A stretch of DNA of 64,000 nt from assembly GCA_948603215.1 (NCBI GenBank), contig CAPECJ010000002.1, positions 171,805-235,804 on the forward strand. The letters run 5' to 3'. A program made the translations under genes and the position numbers. The notes under the pieces are model-generated. The model had not been told where the DNA came from. It searched no databases and saw only the letters and a list, made by a program, of their open reading frames with translations. The DNA comes from an uncultured Alistipes sp. GTDB lineage: Bacteria; Bacteroidota; Bacteroidia; Bacteroidales; Rikenellaceae. Positions 1 through 10,001 of the stretch are shown here, in pieces (the stretch's first letter is position 1; each line of letters starts with the position of its first letter).

Positions 1-2
1 GC

Positions 3-1385
3 TATGTATTGGCCGAGCATGCTGCCGTCCGGGCTCCGTTTTCCTTTCTGCGAACTGTCTATCTCGGCGACGGGTTCGACGGCCATCGTCGGGTGATCAT
101 TTTGCACCATGAGGCCAGTCACGTACGCCATCGCCATTCGGTCGAGCGTATTGTGATGGAAGCGATGCTTTGCGTATTGTGGTTCAATCCGTTCGTGTGG
201 GTCGCTGCACGGCGGTTGCGCGAAGTGCAGGAGTGGGAAGCCGACCGCGATGTCTTGGACGGCGGTTGCGACCTGACGGAATATCGAATGACCTTGTTCT
301 CTCAGCTTTTCGGTTATAATCCGGATATGACCTGCGGGCTGAGCCATTCATTCACTAAAAACCGATTTCTTATGATGACACGTAACAAATGGGGGCGTTT
401 CGCCGGATGGCGGCTCGCCGCCGCTCTCCCCTTCGTGGGCGGGATGCTCTGCCTGTGCGGTTTTACGACCCGCACGACCGATGATTATAAGACTGCGACT
501 GTGCACATTGCTTCCGACGGTTCGGTAACTTTAAACGGTCGGCCCATTGCTAAAGAAGAATTGCTTGATTTCGTGACTGCAGAACGGGAGAAGTTCGCCG
601 AGGCCGACCGCAAGGATCTGACCGTGCGTATCGTCTCCGAGCCTGCGGAGAATCCGCGGATTTTTATTGCCGAGAACGGTTCTGTGACGCTCAACGGTAA
701 CGCTGTAACACTTGATGCGCTCGAATCGGAGCTCAAAGCGTTCCGTGCCGGTTTGTCGACTGAAAAACTCGCAGACACCTACGTCGAGCTTTCGAGTGCT
801 CCTGCGACGCCGATGTCGGCTGTGGCTGAGGTAAAAGAGGTTTTGCGCCGTGTTCCTCTTTTGAAAATCCGGTATCGGAGCGACGAATGTTCGGTTTCGC
901 GAATGCTGTCGCCGGTTTCAGGCAACGATGGCAAGGTCAAGGTGATTGCGCCTGTCCCTAATAAACGGAACGATTTATTGGTGTTCGTCGATAAGCAAAG
1001 CCAAGTGCGGGTCAAATCGGGCGGTTCACAGTCGAAAATCATGTCGTTGAAGGAGTTGTCCGGCCGAATTGCCGATTTCGTATCGGACAAAGCCGGTAAG
1101 GCTAAGCAGCAGGTGACTTTGTTCGAATTGCCCGATGGTCGGACAGTCGATTATCCGGTCAGTCGAAGAGCCGTGTTTTTGTCGATCGATCCTCGCACGC
1201 CCTACAATAGTTTCGTTTCGGTGCAGACGGCTATTGCAGCCGGTTTCGATGCCGTTCGCGATGAAGTTGCACGAAAATGGTTCGACAAGAGTTTTGCAGC
1301 GTTGACCGATGCTGAACGACAAGTCGTATGGCGGGCTGTTCCAATGAATGTGGCCGAGGCGGAACCGCAGCCTCATGCCGAGTAA
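3..1385 (+). CDS. M56 (BlaR1/MecR1-like) metallopeptidase-domain membrane protein with C-terminal ExbD-like domains; 5' end lies outside the window
   Basis: HEASH zinc motif followed by WFNPFVW...EWEAD and SHSFTKNRFLMM (M56 pattern). Then a TM segment and repeated 'I-x-I-xx-DGSVTLNG' ExbD-like units. The frame is open from position 3. Confidence 0.75.
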   Translation, partial: YVLAEHAAVRAPFSFLRTVYLGDGFDGHRRVIILHHEASHVRHRHSVERIVMEAMLCVLWFNPFVWVAARRLREVQEWEADRDVLDGGCDLTEYRMTLFSQLFGYNPDMTCGLSHSFTKNRFLMMTRNKWGRFAGWRLAAALPFVGGMLCLCGFTTRTTDDYKTATVHIASDGSVTLNGRPIAKEELLDFVTAEREKFAEADRKDLTVRIVSEPAENPRIFIAENGSVTLNGNAVTLDALESELKAFRAGLSTEKLADTYVELSSAPATPMSAVAEVKEVLRRVPLLKIRYRSDECSVSRMLSPVSGNDGKVKVIAPVPNKRNDLLVFVDKQSQVRVKSGGSQSKIMSLKELSGRIADFVSDKAGKAKQQVTLFELPDGRTVDYPVSRRAVFLSIDPRTPYNSFVSVQTAIAAGFDAVRDEVARKWFDKSFAALTDAERQVVWRAVPMNVAEAEPQPHAE

Positions 1386-1423
1386 ATGACCGATTTCGAA
1401 ACTCCCACGAATCCATAAGCGGG

Positions 1424-1470
1424 AACCCCTGCATCGGTGAATCTCTCTCGATGCAGGGGTTATTTCTTTC
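1424..1470 (+). terminator. Intrinsic terminator hairpin
   Basis: AACCCCTGCATCG (1424-1436) / CGATGCAGGGGTT (1449-1461) followed by a T-rich tract, between convergent genes. Confidence 0.75.
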
Positions 1471-1522
1471 TGCCAAAACGTTGGGTTTTGGCAGAATGGG
1501 ATTTATGAAATTCGTCTTCTGA

Positions 1523-1849
1523 TTATTTTTGTAATTTTTCGTTGTTTTTGTGGCGTTCCTTGTCACGAGCTGTTTTTTTCGCAAACGACGCCTCGATAGC
1601 TTCCGTCAGGTCGACCCCCGTTTGGTTGGCCAAGCAGGCCAATACCCACAGCACATCGGCCATCTCTTCGGCCAGATTGCATTTTTCGCCCTCCTTGAAC
1701 GATTGGTCCCCGTATTTGCGGGCTACCACACGAGCCAATTCCCCCACCTCCTCGGTCAGTACGGCCATATTGGTCAGTTCTGAAAAGTAGCGAACGCCGT
1801 ATGTTTTGATCCATGCGTCCACCCGTTGTTGCAGTTCCTTGATTTCCAT
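1523..1849 (-). CDS. MazG-like nucleotide pyrophosphohydrolase (single domain)
   Basis: LTEEVGELAR and LAEEMADVLW acidic motifs; 108 aa. Confidence 0.9.
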   Translation of the reverse strand: MEIKELQQRVDAWIKTYGVRYFSELTNMAVLTEEVGELARVVARKYGDQSFKEGEKCNLAEEMADVLWVLACLANQTGVDLTEAIEASFAKKTARDKERHKNNEKLQK

Positions 1850-2497
1850 TTATTTCACATAAATCAGATTGAGTCCGTCGCGCAGCGGTGCGATAACGTT
1901 TTCCACACGCGGATCGTCTGTCACCATGCGGTTGAACTCGATGAGCGCTTGTGTATGGCGGTCGTTGTGCGCCACGGGTTGCAGGACTTTGCCCGACCAA
2001 AGGATGTTGTCGGCAATTAGCACCGAACTGCTGTGCACCAGTGGTTTACTGTTTTCGTCACCCATCAGCATCCGATAGTAGTCTGGATATTCGCGTTTGT
2101 CGCCATCGATGAATACGAGGTCGAACGTCAGACCCAGCGTCGGAGCGATGTCGAGTGCCGAGCCGATATGCAGCCGGATTTTGCGGCCGTGGGGCGAACG
2201 GTCGAAATAGGATTGCGCCAGCGGTTGCAGTTCGTCGTCCACTTCGATGGTGTGCAGTTCGGCATCGTCAGCCAGTCCGGCAGCCATCGACAACGCCGAA
2301 TAGCCCGTGAACGTGCCGATTTCCAGCACATAGTGCGGTCGGTTCATCCGTACGAGTAGTTCCAGCAGACGTCCTTGCAGATGGCCCGACAGCATACGCG
2401 GTGCTACTTCGCGCATGTGCGTTTCGCGATCGAGTTCTTGCAGCAGCGGGTCTTCGGACGAGGTGTGGTCGTGCAGGTATTTTTCGAGAGCGTCCAT
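1850..2497 (-). CDS. SAM-dependent O-methyltransferase (methyltransf_3 family)
   Basis: MLSGHLQGRLL, VLEIGTFTGYS, DLVFIDGDK and ADNILWSG motifs. Confidence 0.92.
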   Translation of the reverse strand: MDALEKYLHDHTSSEDPLLQELDRETHMREVAPRMLSGHLQGRLLELLVRMNRPHYVLEIGTFTGYSALSMAAGLADDAELHTIEVDDELQPLAQSYFDRSPHGRKIRLHIGSALDIAPTLGLTFDLVFIDGDKREYPDYYRMLMGDENSKPLVHSSSVLIADNILWSGKVLQPVAHNDRHTQALIEFNRMVTDDPRVENVIAPLRDGLNLIYVK

Positions 2498-2498
2498 C

Positions 2499-3095
2499 CT
2501 ATTCGTTGTAAAATCCCTGCTTGTTGAATCGATACGAGGTGTCGATCGCTTCCGGTGTGTCGGCTGCGAGAGCGAGCAGACATTCGCGCGTAAATTCGAG
2601 ATAGCCTGTGCCGTTGGCTGTTACGAGGTTGCCGTCGCGTACGGCTTGGCGTTCCTCGTAGTGAGTCGAGCCAGTGTAGCGGTCGCCGCCCCATTGTTGC
2701 AGTATCTCGACAGTGTTGCCTGTGTGGCGGGCTTCGTTGAGCAGTTCGTGGGCCGCAAGAAATGCCGTCGCATTGCAGATGGCGCCGAGCAGTAGCCCGC
2801 GCGTAAGTGCTTCGCGGGCCAGCGGTTCTGCTGTGGCGGCTTCGGGCGTTTGCCAGTTCATGCCGCCGACCAGCACTATGCCTGCGCATTCGTCTGGCAG
2901 CCCTGCTTCCGTGCTGCGGTCGGGTGCGACGGTCAGTCCGCCGATGGAACGGACGGGGTACCCGCCCGGAGTTGCATAAGCGATTTCGTAGCGGCCCGTG
3001 TGGCCGGGCATCACACCTCCGCGCAGGGCTGATGCCAGAAAGGCCGCTTCCCAGTCGGCGAAATTGTCTAACAGAATGAATAATATAGTTTTCAT
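2499..3095 (-). CDS. DJ-1/PfpI family protein
   Basis: FADWEAAFL, SIGGL, GAICNA (catalytic Cys) and LVTANG motifs. Confidence 0.9.
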   Translation of the reverse strand: MKTILFILLDNFADWEAAFLASALRGGVMPGHTGRYEIAYATPGGYPVRSIGGLTVAPDRSTEAGLPDECAGIVLVGGMNWQTPEAATAEPLAREALTRGLLLGAICNATAFLAAHELLNEARHTGNTVEILQQWGGDRYTGSTHYEERQAVRDGNLVTANGTGYLEFTRECLLALAADTPEAIDTSYRFNKQGFYNE

Positions 3096-3096
3096 T

Positions 3097-4323
3097 TCAT
3101 TGATAAATCAGTCGGGACATTCCGGTGAATATTTCTTCGGCTACATCGGTCAGTTGTCGGGCCGTAAGCGACCGGATTTTGGCGTAGACCTCCTCCATCG
3201 TATCGACCTGCTTGTGGGTCAGCAGGCTTTTGCCAGCTCCAAGCATATAGCTTTCATTACTTTCGCTCGATATGGCCAGTTGTGCGATGAACTGCTTTTT
3301 CGCCATTGATAGCCTCCGTGTCGTGAGCGGTTCCGTCCGAAGTCGTTGCAATTCCCGTTCGATCAGTTCGATACATCGTTCGGCGTTGGTGTGGTCGGAA
3401 CTGAAATAGATGGCCACGATGCCCGTGTCGCCGTAGGGCGTGTACGATGCTTCGATGTTGTAAGATAGGCCGTGTTTTTCGCGGATGCTGACGTTGAGGA
3501 GCGAATTGGCGCTCGGTCCGCCCAGCAGATTCACCAACAGCGCCAGCGGCAGCCGATTCGCCTCGCCGATGCCGTAGGCCCGTCCTCCGATGATGCAGTG
3601 GGTCTGGTGTGTATGTTTCGTAACGCTTTTTTCGAAAGGTCGGTAAGCCTCGGGGGCGATTCGTTCGAAAGCACGTGTCGTGGTTGACTGTTGCCCGAAA
3701 TAGCGGGTTGCAATCGCTTCGGCCGTTTTGCCCGAAAAGTTGCCGATCGACGAAAAAACCATCTGGTCGGTCGTGTGTGTGCGTGCGGTGAATGACCGCA
3801 GGTCGTTGCCCATGTAGCGCATCAAAGATGTTTTTCGCCCTAAGATGTTGTGCCCTAGTTCCGATCCATCGAAAAGCATATCTTCGAATGTATCGTAAAT
3901 CAGATCGGCCGGCGAATCCTTGTAGGTGTTGATTTCATCGCAGATGACCTCCTTTTCACGTTCCAGCTCGCGTTTCGGAAAGGTCGATCGGAATGCAATG
4001 TCAGCGATAAGCTCCGCCGCTTTCGAGAAATCGCCTCGCCGCGTCGTCGCATGAATGGTCGTATCCTCTTTGGTCGTGAATGCGTTCAGTTCGCCGCCGA
4101 GGTTCTCCAACCGGCAGTTGACCTGCCATGCGCGACGTCGTTCGGTGCCCTTGAAAAAGGCGTGTTCGACGAAATGCGCCAGTCCGTATTGGTCGGGGTA
4201 CTCGTCGCGGCTTCCAGCATTGATGACCAAAGCGCAATGCGCTACCGTGTTTTTGACTTGCCGATGGATGCCGCGGATGCCGTTCGGGAGTGTGTAAGTG
4301 TGAAATTCGGCCACTTTCTTCAC
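3097..4323 (-). CDS. M16 (pitrilysin/insulinase) family zinc peptidase
   Basis: Inverted HFVEH zinc motif, GGELNAFT and REKHGLSY. The GTG start at 4323 overlaps the uvrA stop (GTGA); the upstream part of the 616-aa ORF is not plausibly coding. Confidence 0.9.
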   Translation of the reverse strand: MKKVAEFHTYTLPNGIRGIHRQVKNTVAHCALVINAGSRDEYPDQYGLAHFVEHAFFKGTERRRAWQVNCRLENLGGELNAFTTKEDTTIHATTRRGDFSKAAELIADIAFRSTFPKRELEREKEVICDEINTYKDSPADLIYDTFEDMLFDGSELGHNILGRKTSLMRYMGNDLRSFTARTHTTDQMVFSSIGNFSGKTAEAIATRYFGQQSTTTRAFERIAPEAYRPFEKSVTKHTHQTHCIIGGRAYGIGEANRLPLALLVNLLGGPSANSLLNVSIREKHGLSYNIEASYTPYGDTGIVAIYFSSDHTNAERCIELIERELQRLRTEPLTTRRLSMAKKQFIAQLAISSESNESYMLGAGKSLLTHKQVDTMEEVYAKIRSLTARQLTDVAEEIFTGMSRLIYQ

Positions 4324-7112
4324 AGTTTTTCGCGCATTCGCAGGTATTTGCCCGTGTAGCTCTCGGGGCATTGTTCCAGTTCGTGCGGTGTACCCTCGAA
4401 GACGATGCGACCGCCGTCGCGGCCCGCTTCGGGTCCGAGGTCGACCACCCAGTCGGCGCATTTGATGATATCCATGTTGTGTTCGACGACGACGATGGTG
4501 TGTCCGCGTTCGATCAGCGCTTGGAACGCCGCCAATAGTTTCGATATGTCGTGGAAATGCAGTCCTGTCGTCGGTTCGTCGAAGATGAACAGCACGCTGC
4601 TGCCGACACTCTCTTTCGTCAGGAACGAGGCGAGTTTCACCCGCTGGCTTTCGCCGCCCGAAAGGGTCGACGACGATTGTCCGAGCCGTATGTATCCCAG
4701 TCCGACATCCTGCAACGGTCGCAACCGGTCGACGATACGGCGGCACGTCGGGTTGGTCTTCTGCTCCTCGCTGAAAAAGACGATGGCATCGTCGACCGTC
4801 ATGTCGAGCACCTCGCTGATATTCTTGTCGCGGTATTTGACTTCCAGTACCTCGTCGCGGAACCGTTTGCCGCCGCAGGCTTCGCAGACCAGCTCGACAT
4901 CGGCCATGAATTGCATCGAAACCTTGATGACACCCTCGCCCTGACACTCCTCGCAGCGTCCGCCAGCGACATTGAACGAAAAATGGGTCGCATTGAGCCC
5001 CGTATGTTGGGCGTAGGGTTGGTCTGCGAAGAGTTTGCGGATTTCGTCGTAGGCCTTGATGTAGGTGACGGGATTCGAACGGGTCGATTTGCCGATCGGG
5101 TTCTGGTCGACCATCTCGACCGCTTTCAGCAGATTGACATCTCCTTCGATGCCGTCGAAATCGCCCGGTTTCACGCCCGTATCGTAGAGCATGCGCCGCA
5201 GGGCCGGGTAAAGTAGTCCGCGTGCCAGCGACGATTTGCCGCTGCCGCTCACGCCGGTGATGCAGGTCATTGCGCCCAGCGGGATGCGCACGTCGATGTT
5301 GCGCAGGTTGTTTTCGCGGGCGCCCTTGACCGTAATCGAATGGTTCCAGCCGCGAATGCCGGAAGGGATGGCTATGCTTTTTCGATCGGTCAGATAGTCG
5401 GCCGTCAGACTTTTCCGGCTTTTCAGCAGTTGGGGAATCGTGCCGCTGAATACGACTTCGCCGCCGTGTTCGCCCGCTTCGGGGCCCATGTCGACGATCC
5501 AGTCGGCTGCGCGAATCACCTCTTCCTCGTGTTCTACCACGATGACCGTGTTGCCCAAATCGCGTAACTGTTTGAGAACTTTAATCAGTCGGTTCGTATC
5601 GCGCGGATGGAGGCCGATGGAGGGTTCGTCGAGGATGTAGAGCGATCCGGTCAGATTGCTGCCCAGCGAGGTCGAAAGGTTGATGCGTTGGCTTTCGCCG
5701 CCGGAGAGGGTCGATGACAGTCGGTCGAGCGTCAGATAGCCCAGCCCGACATCGGCCAAATATTGCAGTCGGTTGCGGATTTCGACCAAAATACGTGCGG
5801 TGGTGCGGGCATCGTAGGCGTCCAGTTGCAATTCGTTGAAGAATACGAGCAGTTCGTCAACGGGCATCGTCACCAAATCGGCGATGGTTTTGCCATCGAC
5901 ACGCACGTAAAGCGCCTCTTTGCGCAGGCGGCTGCCGCCGCATTCGGGGCAGCGTGTCTTGCCTGTGTAGCGCGATTTCATCACGCGGTACTGGATTTCG
6001 TGCTTTTTCGAATCGATGTAAGCGAAAAAGTCGTCCAGTCCGTGGAAATATTCGTTGCCTGTCCACAGCAGCCGTTTTTGTTCGTCGGTCAGTTCGTAGT
6101 AGGGCGTGTGGATCGGGAAATCGAATTTGTAGGCGTTTTCAACCAGCTCGTCTTTCCATCGGCTCATCTTTTCGCCGCGCCAGCAGGCCACGGCCCCTTC
6201 GTAGATGGTCTTGCCCTTGTCCGGAACGACCAGATCTTCGTCGATGCCGATGACCTTGCCGTAGCCCTCGCATCGCGGACAGGCTCCGAGCGGATTGTTG
6301 AAACTGAAAAGGTATTCCGTAGGCGGTTCGAAACGGATACCGTCGGCTTCGAATCGGGCCGAATATTCCGTCGCTCCCTTGTTGTCGATGACGATGCAGG
6401 TTTCGTCGCCGTAGGAGAATGCCCGCGCCACCGAATCGCGGATGCGGGTTTGTGTATCATCGTCTTCGGCCACTTTCAGCCGGTCGACAACCACCGCGAG
6501 CTCTTTCGCACAAGTTTCGGATTCGATTTCCGGAAGCACATCTTCGATCATCCGCACTTGGCCGTCCATCCATACGCGCATCAGGCCGTCCGACAGCAGG
6601 AGGGTCAGTTTCTCGATGATGCCCTGCCCTTCCGTCAACCGCAGCGGAGCGGCGATGACAGCTCGTGTGCCCGCGCCGGAGGCGAGGATGCGTTCTGCTA
6701 CATCGTCGACGCTGTAACATCGCACTTCTTGTCCCGATACGGGAGAAAATGTGTGCCCCGCGCGCGCGAAAAGCAGTTTCAGATAGTCGTATATCTCGGT
6801 CGTCGTGCCGACGGTCGATCGCGGATTGCGTGTGTTGACCTTCTGTTCGATGGCGATGGCCGGAGCAATACCCGTGATGGTATCGACGTCCGGTTTGTTG
6901 ATTTTGCCGAGAAATTGCCGTGCATAGGCCGACAGACTTTCGACGTAACGGCGCTGCCCCTCGGCGAAGATGGTGTCGAATGCCAGCGTCGATTTGCCGG
7001 ATCCCGAAAGACCCGTGATAACGATCAGTTTATTATGCGGTAGTTCGACCTCGATGTTCTTGAGGTTGTGCACTCGCGCACCTTTGATGTATATCGAATT
7101 TTCGTGTGTCAT
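4320..7112 (-). CDS. uvrA: Excinuclease ABC subunit A
   Basis: GARVHNLKN, two Walker A motifs ([18 protein letters not shown]), two LSGGESQR signatures and CxxC zinc fingers. Confidence 0.97.
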   Translation of the reverse strand: MTHENSIYIKGARVHNLKNIEVELPHNKLIVITGLSGSGKSTLAFDTIFAEGQRRYVESLSAYARQFLGKINKPDVDTITGIAPAIAIEQKVNTRNPRSTVGTTTEIYDYLKLLFARAGHTFSPVSGQEVRCYSVDDVAERILASGAGTRAVIAAPLRLTEGQGIIEKLTLLLSDGLMRVWMDGQVRMIEDVLPEIESETCAKELAVVVDRLKVAEDDDTQTRIRDSVARAFSYGDETCIVIDNKGATEYSARFEADGIRFEPPTEYLFSFNNPLGACPRCEGYGKVIGIDEDLVVPDKGKTIYEGAVACWRGEKMSRWKDELVENAYKFDFPIHTPYYELTDEQKRLLWTGNEYFHGLDDFFAYIDSKKHEIQYRVMKSRYTGKTRCPECGGSRLRKEALYVRVDGKTIADLVTMPVDELLVFFNELQLDAYDARTTARILVEIRNRLQYLADVGLGYLTLDRLSSTLSGGESQRINLSTSLGSNLTGSLYILDEPSIGLHPRDTNRLIKVLKQLRDLGNTVIVVEHEEEVIRAADWIVDMGPEAGEHGGEVVFSGTIPQLLKSRKSLTADYLTDRKSIAIPSGIRGWNHSITVKGARENNLRNIDVRIPLGAMTCITGVSGSGKSSLARGLLYPALRRMLYDTGVKPGDFDGIEGDVNLLKAVEMVDQNPIGKSTRSNPVTYIKAYDEIRKLFADQPYAQHTGLNATHFSFNVAGGRCEECQGEGVIKVSMQFMADVELVCEACGGKRFRDEVLEVKYRDKNISEVLDMTVDDAIVFFSEEQKTNPTCRRIVDRLRPLQDVGLGYIRLGQSSSTLSGGESQRVKLASFLTKESVGSSVLFIFDEPTTGLHFHDISKLLAAFQALIERGHTIVVVEHNMDIIKCADWVVDLGPEAGRDGGRIVFEGTPHELEQCPESYTGKYLRMREKL

Positions 7113-7715
7113 TTATTCGTTTTCGGGAATGCTGCCTCCCGCTTTTTTCAGTTTTTCGGTCAGTTGTTCCGCGCGGCTTTCGCGGATGGCGAACTCCATC
7201 GTACATAAATTGTCGAATGCTTGTCGCAGGATTTCGGGCCGTTCTTCCTTGACTACCCGCATGATTTCGTTCATTGCGACATAAGGAAAGTCGACCCGTA
7301 CGATGCGGTCGACCGTCCGTTCGATGATGTCCGCGGCATCCAGTACTTCGGCCGTAGCCTCTTTGTAGGCGGCTATCAGTCCGGGGACGCCGAGTTTTGT
7401 GCCGCCGAAATAACGGACGATGACTATCAAGCAATCGGTGACTGACCGCGACAACAACTGCCCGAGAATCGGTTTGCCTGCTGTCCCCGAGGGCTCACCG
7501 TCGTCGTTTGCCCGCCACGATGCACCGTCCGGTCCGAGACGCCAAGCGTAACAATGATGGGTTGCGTCGTAGTAGCGTTTGCGCAGCGTTTCGAGGTGGA
7601 TGCGTATCTCCTCCTCGCTTCGTACGGGCCATGCGAATGCAAGGAACTTGCTGCTGCGTTCGCGTAAAGCCGCTTCCGCAGGAGTCGCGAGGGTCAGATA
7701 GCTGTCGTCCGCCAC
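7113..7715 (-). CDS. YigZ/IMPACT family protein
   Basis: [26 protein letters not shown] and RYFGGTKLG motifs. GTG start just after the lepB stop. Confidence 0.92.
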   Translation of the reverse strand: MADDSYLTLATPAEAALRERSSKFLAFAWPVRSEEEIRIHLETLRKRYYDATHHCYAWRLGPDGASWRANDDGEPSGTAGKPILGQLLSRSVTDCLIVIVRYFGGTKLGVPGLIAAYKEATAEVLDAADIIERTVDRIVRVDFPYVAMNEIMRVVKEERPEILRQAFDNLCTMEFAIRESRAEQLTEKLKKAGGSIPENE

Positions 7716-7716
7716 C

Positions 7717-9075
7717 CTATCGCACTTTTCGGAAAAGACGCCGCCAGCGGATGTTCGACGGGAACGACTTGTTCGCATCGAGCGAAAGCCAGATGAACGA
7801 TGCTTTACCCACGATATGGTCTTCGGGTACGAAGCCCCAGAACCGTGAATCAGCCGAATTGTGGCGGTTGTCGCCCATCATCCAGTAGTAGTCCATCGCG
7901 AAAGTGTATTCTGTCGTTTCTACGCCGTCGATGTAGATTTTGCCGTCGCGTTCTTCGAGTGCATGTCCTTCGTAGGTCTCGATGATGCGCCGGAAAAGCG
8001 GCAGGTTTTCCGTTGTAAGTTGCACGGTTGCACCTTTTTTCGGAATCCATACAGGGCCGTAGTTGTCTTGGCTCCAGCGCGGCATCTCCCATTGCGGGAA
8101 GACGTCGGTGTTGGGTGTGTAGACATAGCGGCGCATAGAACGGACGTTGTTCAGCTCCTGCACTTTTTCGGCTGCTTCATCTGTAAGATACATGTAGTAG
8201 ACTGAGCCATTGCCGCTGTATTCCGTGATGCCGAGTTTGTCGACCGCATATTGCGAGAATGGTTCCGACGTCTGTACAATGTACATGTATTGTACACCTT
8301 CGATGGGTTCCTGCTGCTTGCCGTTCACCCAGATCCTCCCGTCGCGCACTTCGAGCGTATCGCCCGGGATGGCGACACAACGTTTGATATAGTTTTCGCG
8401 TTTGTCCACCGGCCGGCTGATGACCGTATATTCTTTGGCCAGCTCCTTGCGGGCGTTTTTCTTGCCGAACGAAGCTTCGTAGCCGCGCAATACGTCGTAA
8501 TAGCTGACGGCTTGGTTTTCGAGTAGCACCGTGTCCCCTGCCGGAAAGTTGAAGACTACGACATCGTTCCGACGGATTTTACGCAGCCCTTTCAATCGGT
8601 GATAGGGCCATTGAACGATTTCGGAGAACGATTTGCGTGTCTGCGAAAACGGCATCGTGTGGTGCACGAACGGGAATGAGATCGGTGTGTTGGGCATTTG
8701 GGGGCCGTAGGTCACCTTGCTGACATAGAGATAGTCGCCCACCAAGAGCGATTTTTCCATCGACGAGGTGGGGATGACGTACATCTGGAAGATGAAGATA
8801 TGTACGAGCGAAGCGACTACCGTGGCGAATACGATGGCATTGACCCATTCGTAGACGGCTTTGTAGACTTTGTTGCGTTCGCACATTTTGGCGTTGCGAT
8901 ACCAGACGAAGCGATAGAACCAGTGCGTGATGTAAAAATCGAAAATGAGCGGCAAACCCAGCAGCAACCACGGGTTACCCGTCCAAATCACGAACCACAA
9001 CGTATAGAGTGTCGCAGCCAGCGCGAATCCTACCCATTTGTTTTGAAAGAACTTTCTGATTTTCTCCTTATTCAT
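7717..9075 (-). CDS. lepB: Signal peptidase I
   Basis: IPTSSMEKSLLVGDYL (Ser), YIKRCVA (Lys) and GDNRHNSADSRFWG motifs. Start set at MNKEK. Confidence 0.95.
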   Translation of the reverse strand: MNKEKIRKFFQNKWVGFALAATLYTLWFVIWTGNPWLLLGLPLIFDFYITHWFYRFVWYRNAKMCERNKVYKAVYEWVNAIVFATVVASLVHIFIFQMYVIPTSSMEKSLLVGDYLYVSKVTYGPQMPNTPISFPFVHHTMPFSQTRKSFSEIVQWPYHRLKGLRKIRRNDVVVFNFPAGDTVLLENQAVSYYDVLRGYEASFGKKNARKELAKEYTVISRPVDKRENYIKRCVAIPGDTLEVRDGRIWVNGKQQEPIEGVQYMYIVQTSEPFSQYAVDKLGITEYSGNGSVYYMYLTDEAAEKVQELNNVRSMRRYVYTPNTDVFPQWEMPRWSQDNYGPVWIPKKGATVQLTTENLPLFRRIIETYEGHALEERDGKIYIDGVETTEYTFAMDYYWMMGDNRHNSADSRFWGFVPEDHIVGKASFIWLSLDANKSFPSNIRWRRLFRKVR

Positions 9076-9086
9076 CGGTGTCGATT

Positions 9087-9806
9087 CTAATTGTTTTTGA
9101 GTAAGTCGTCCATCGTGTATACGCCATGCTTTCCGCAAAGGAATTCGGCTGCAATGACTGCGCCGAGTGCCAGCGTGCGGCGATTTTTGATGGTGTGCCG
9201 CAGTTCGATACGGTCGTCTTTCGATTCGTAGCATACGGCGTGAATGCCCGGAACATCACCTTCGCGAACCGAGTGGATTTCGATCTGTTCGGCGGTGGCC
9301 GGGATGTCGTTCACCCATTCGTTTTTTGTGTGCAGATTCTCAATGATGCCTTCCGCCAATGTGATGGCCGTGCCGCTCGGCGCATCTTTTTTCTGCGTAT
9401 GGTGCACCTCTTCGATGCCGACTTCGTAACCTCCCACACTGTCGATCATTTCGGCCAGACGCTTGTTGAGCCGGAACAGCAGATTGACGCCCAGACAGAA
9501 ATTCGACGCATAGAAAAGTGCGCCGTTCGTTTCGCGACACAGAGTCTCCAACTCCGGCAGGAGGGCCGTCCATCCCGTTGTCCCGCTTACCACGGGCGTA
9601 TTGCAGGCGATGCAGGTGCGGATATTGTCATAGGCTGTCGCTGGCGTGGTGAACTCCAACGCGACATCGACATCTGCAAGGTGTCGTGCATCCAAATCGG
9701 AGCGGTTTTCCGCATCAATGATGAGACTGACAATATGTCCACGTTCGGTGAGAATCTTTTCGATTTCCCGTCCCATTTTACCGTAACCTATGATGGCTGT
9801 TTTCAT
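9087..9806 (-). CDS. dapB: 4-hydroxy-tetrahydrodipicolinate reductase
   Basis: IIGYGKMG, VSGTTGW and EVHHTQKKDAPSGTA motifs. Confidence 0.96.
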   Translation of the reverse strand: MKTAIIGYGKMGREIEKILTERGHIVSLIIDAENRSDLDARHLADVDVALEFTTPATAYDNIRTCIACNTPVVSGTTGWTALLPELETLCRETNGALFYASNFCLGVNLLFRLNKRLAEMIDSVGGYEVGIEEVHHTQKKDAPSGTAITLAEGIIENLHTKNEWVNDIPATAEQIEIHSVREGDVPGIHAVCYESKDDRIELRHTIKNRRTLALGAVIAAEFLCGKHGVYTMDDLLKNN

Positions 9807-9879
9807 CTTTCTATTTTCATTTTCCGGCAAAGATGATGCAAACGCAGTCGAAGCCGCTCTTTGCTCGTTTCTCCGGCTG

Positions 9880-9887
9880 CAAAGATA
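9880..9887 (-). promoter_or_regulatory. Bacteroidota -7 promoter element for dapB-lepB-yigZ-uvrA operon
   Basis: TATCTTTG on the minus strand (TAnnTTTG consensus). Confidence 0.6.
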
Positions 9888-9988
9888 GCGATTTCACCGC
9901 GAATTTCATAAACTTTCCCGAATAACGTATTGAAAGTTGAAATGTTGTTTCCGGCGACATGAAAGTATGTTTTGTCCGGCGTTTTTGC

Positions 9989-9996
9989 TAACTTTG
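9989..9996 (+). promoter_or_regulatory. -7 promoter element for truA
   Basis: TAACTTTG, 5 nt upstream of the ATG. Confidence 0.6.
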
Positions 9997-10001
9997 CGGT
10001 C

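Noticed and set aside
1523-1849. MazG-like gene (and mazG at 63307) as part of an anti-phage or toxin-antitoxin system
   Set aside because: Both sit in housekeeping contexts with no mazEF or defence genes nearby.
4324-4947. N-terminal 200-aa extension of the M16 peptidase ORF
   Set aside because: It overlaps uvrA in another frame and has no protein-like features. The GTG at 4323, coupled to the uvrA stop, is the plausible start.
5763-7043. 426-aa plus-strand ORF antisense to uvrA, and similar long antisense ORFs (18160-19332, 23537-24529, 25678-26802, 55303-56205, 61192-62967)
   Set aside because: They are shadow frames of GC-rich genes. They have no recognisable motifs and lie fully opposite well-supported CDSs.
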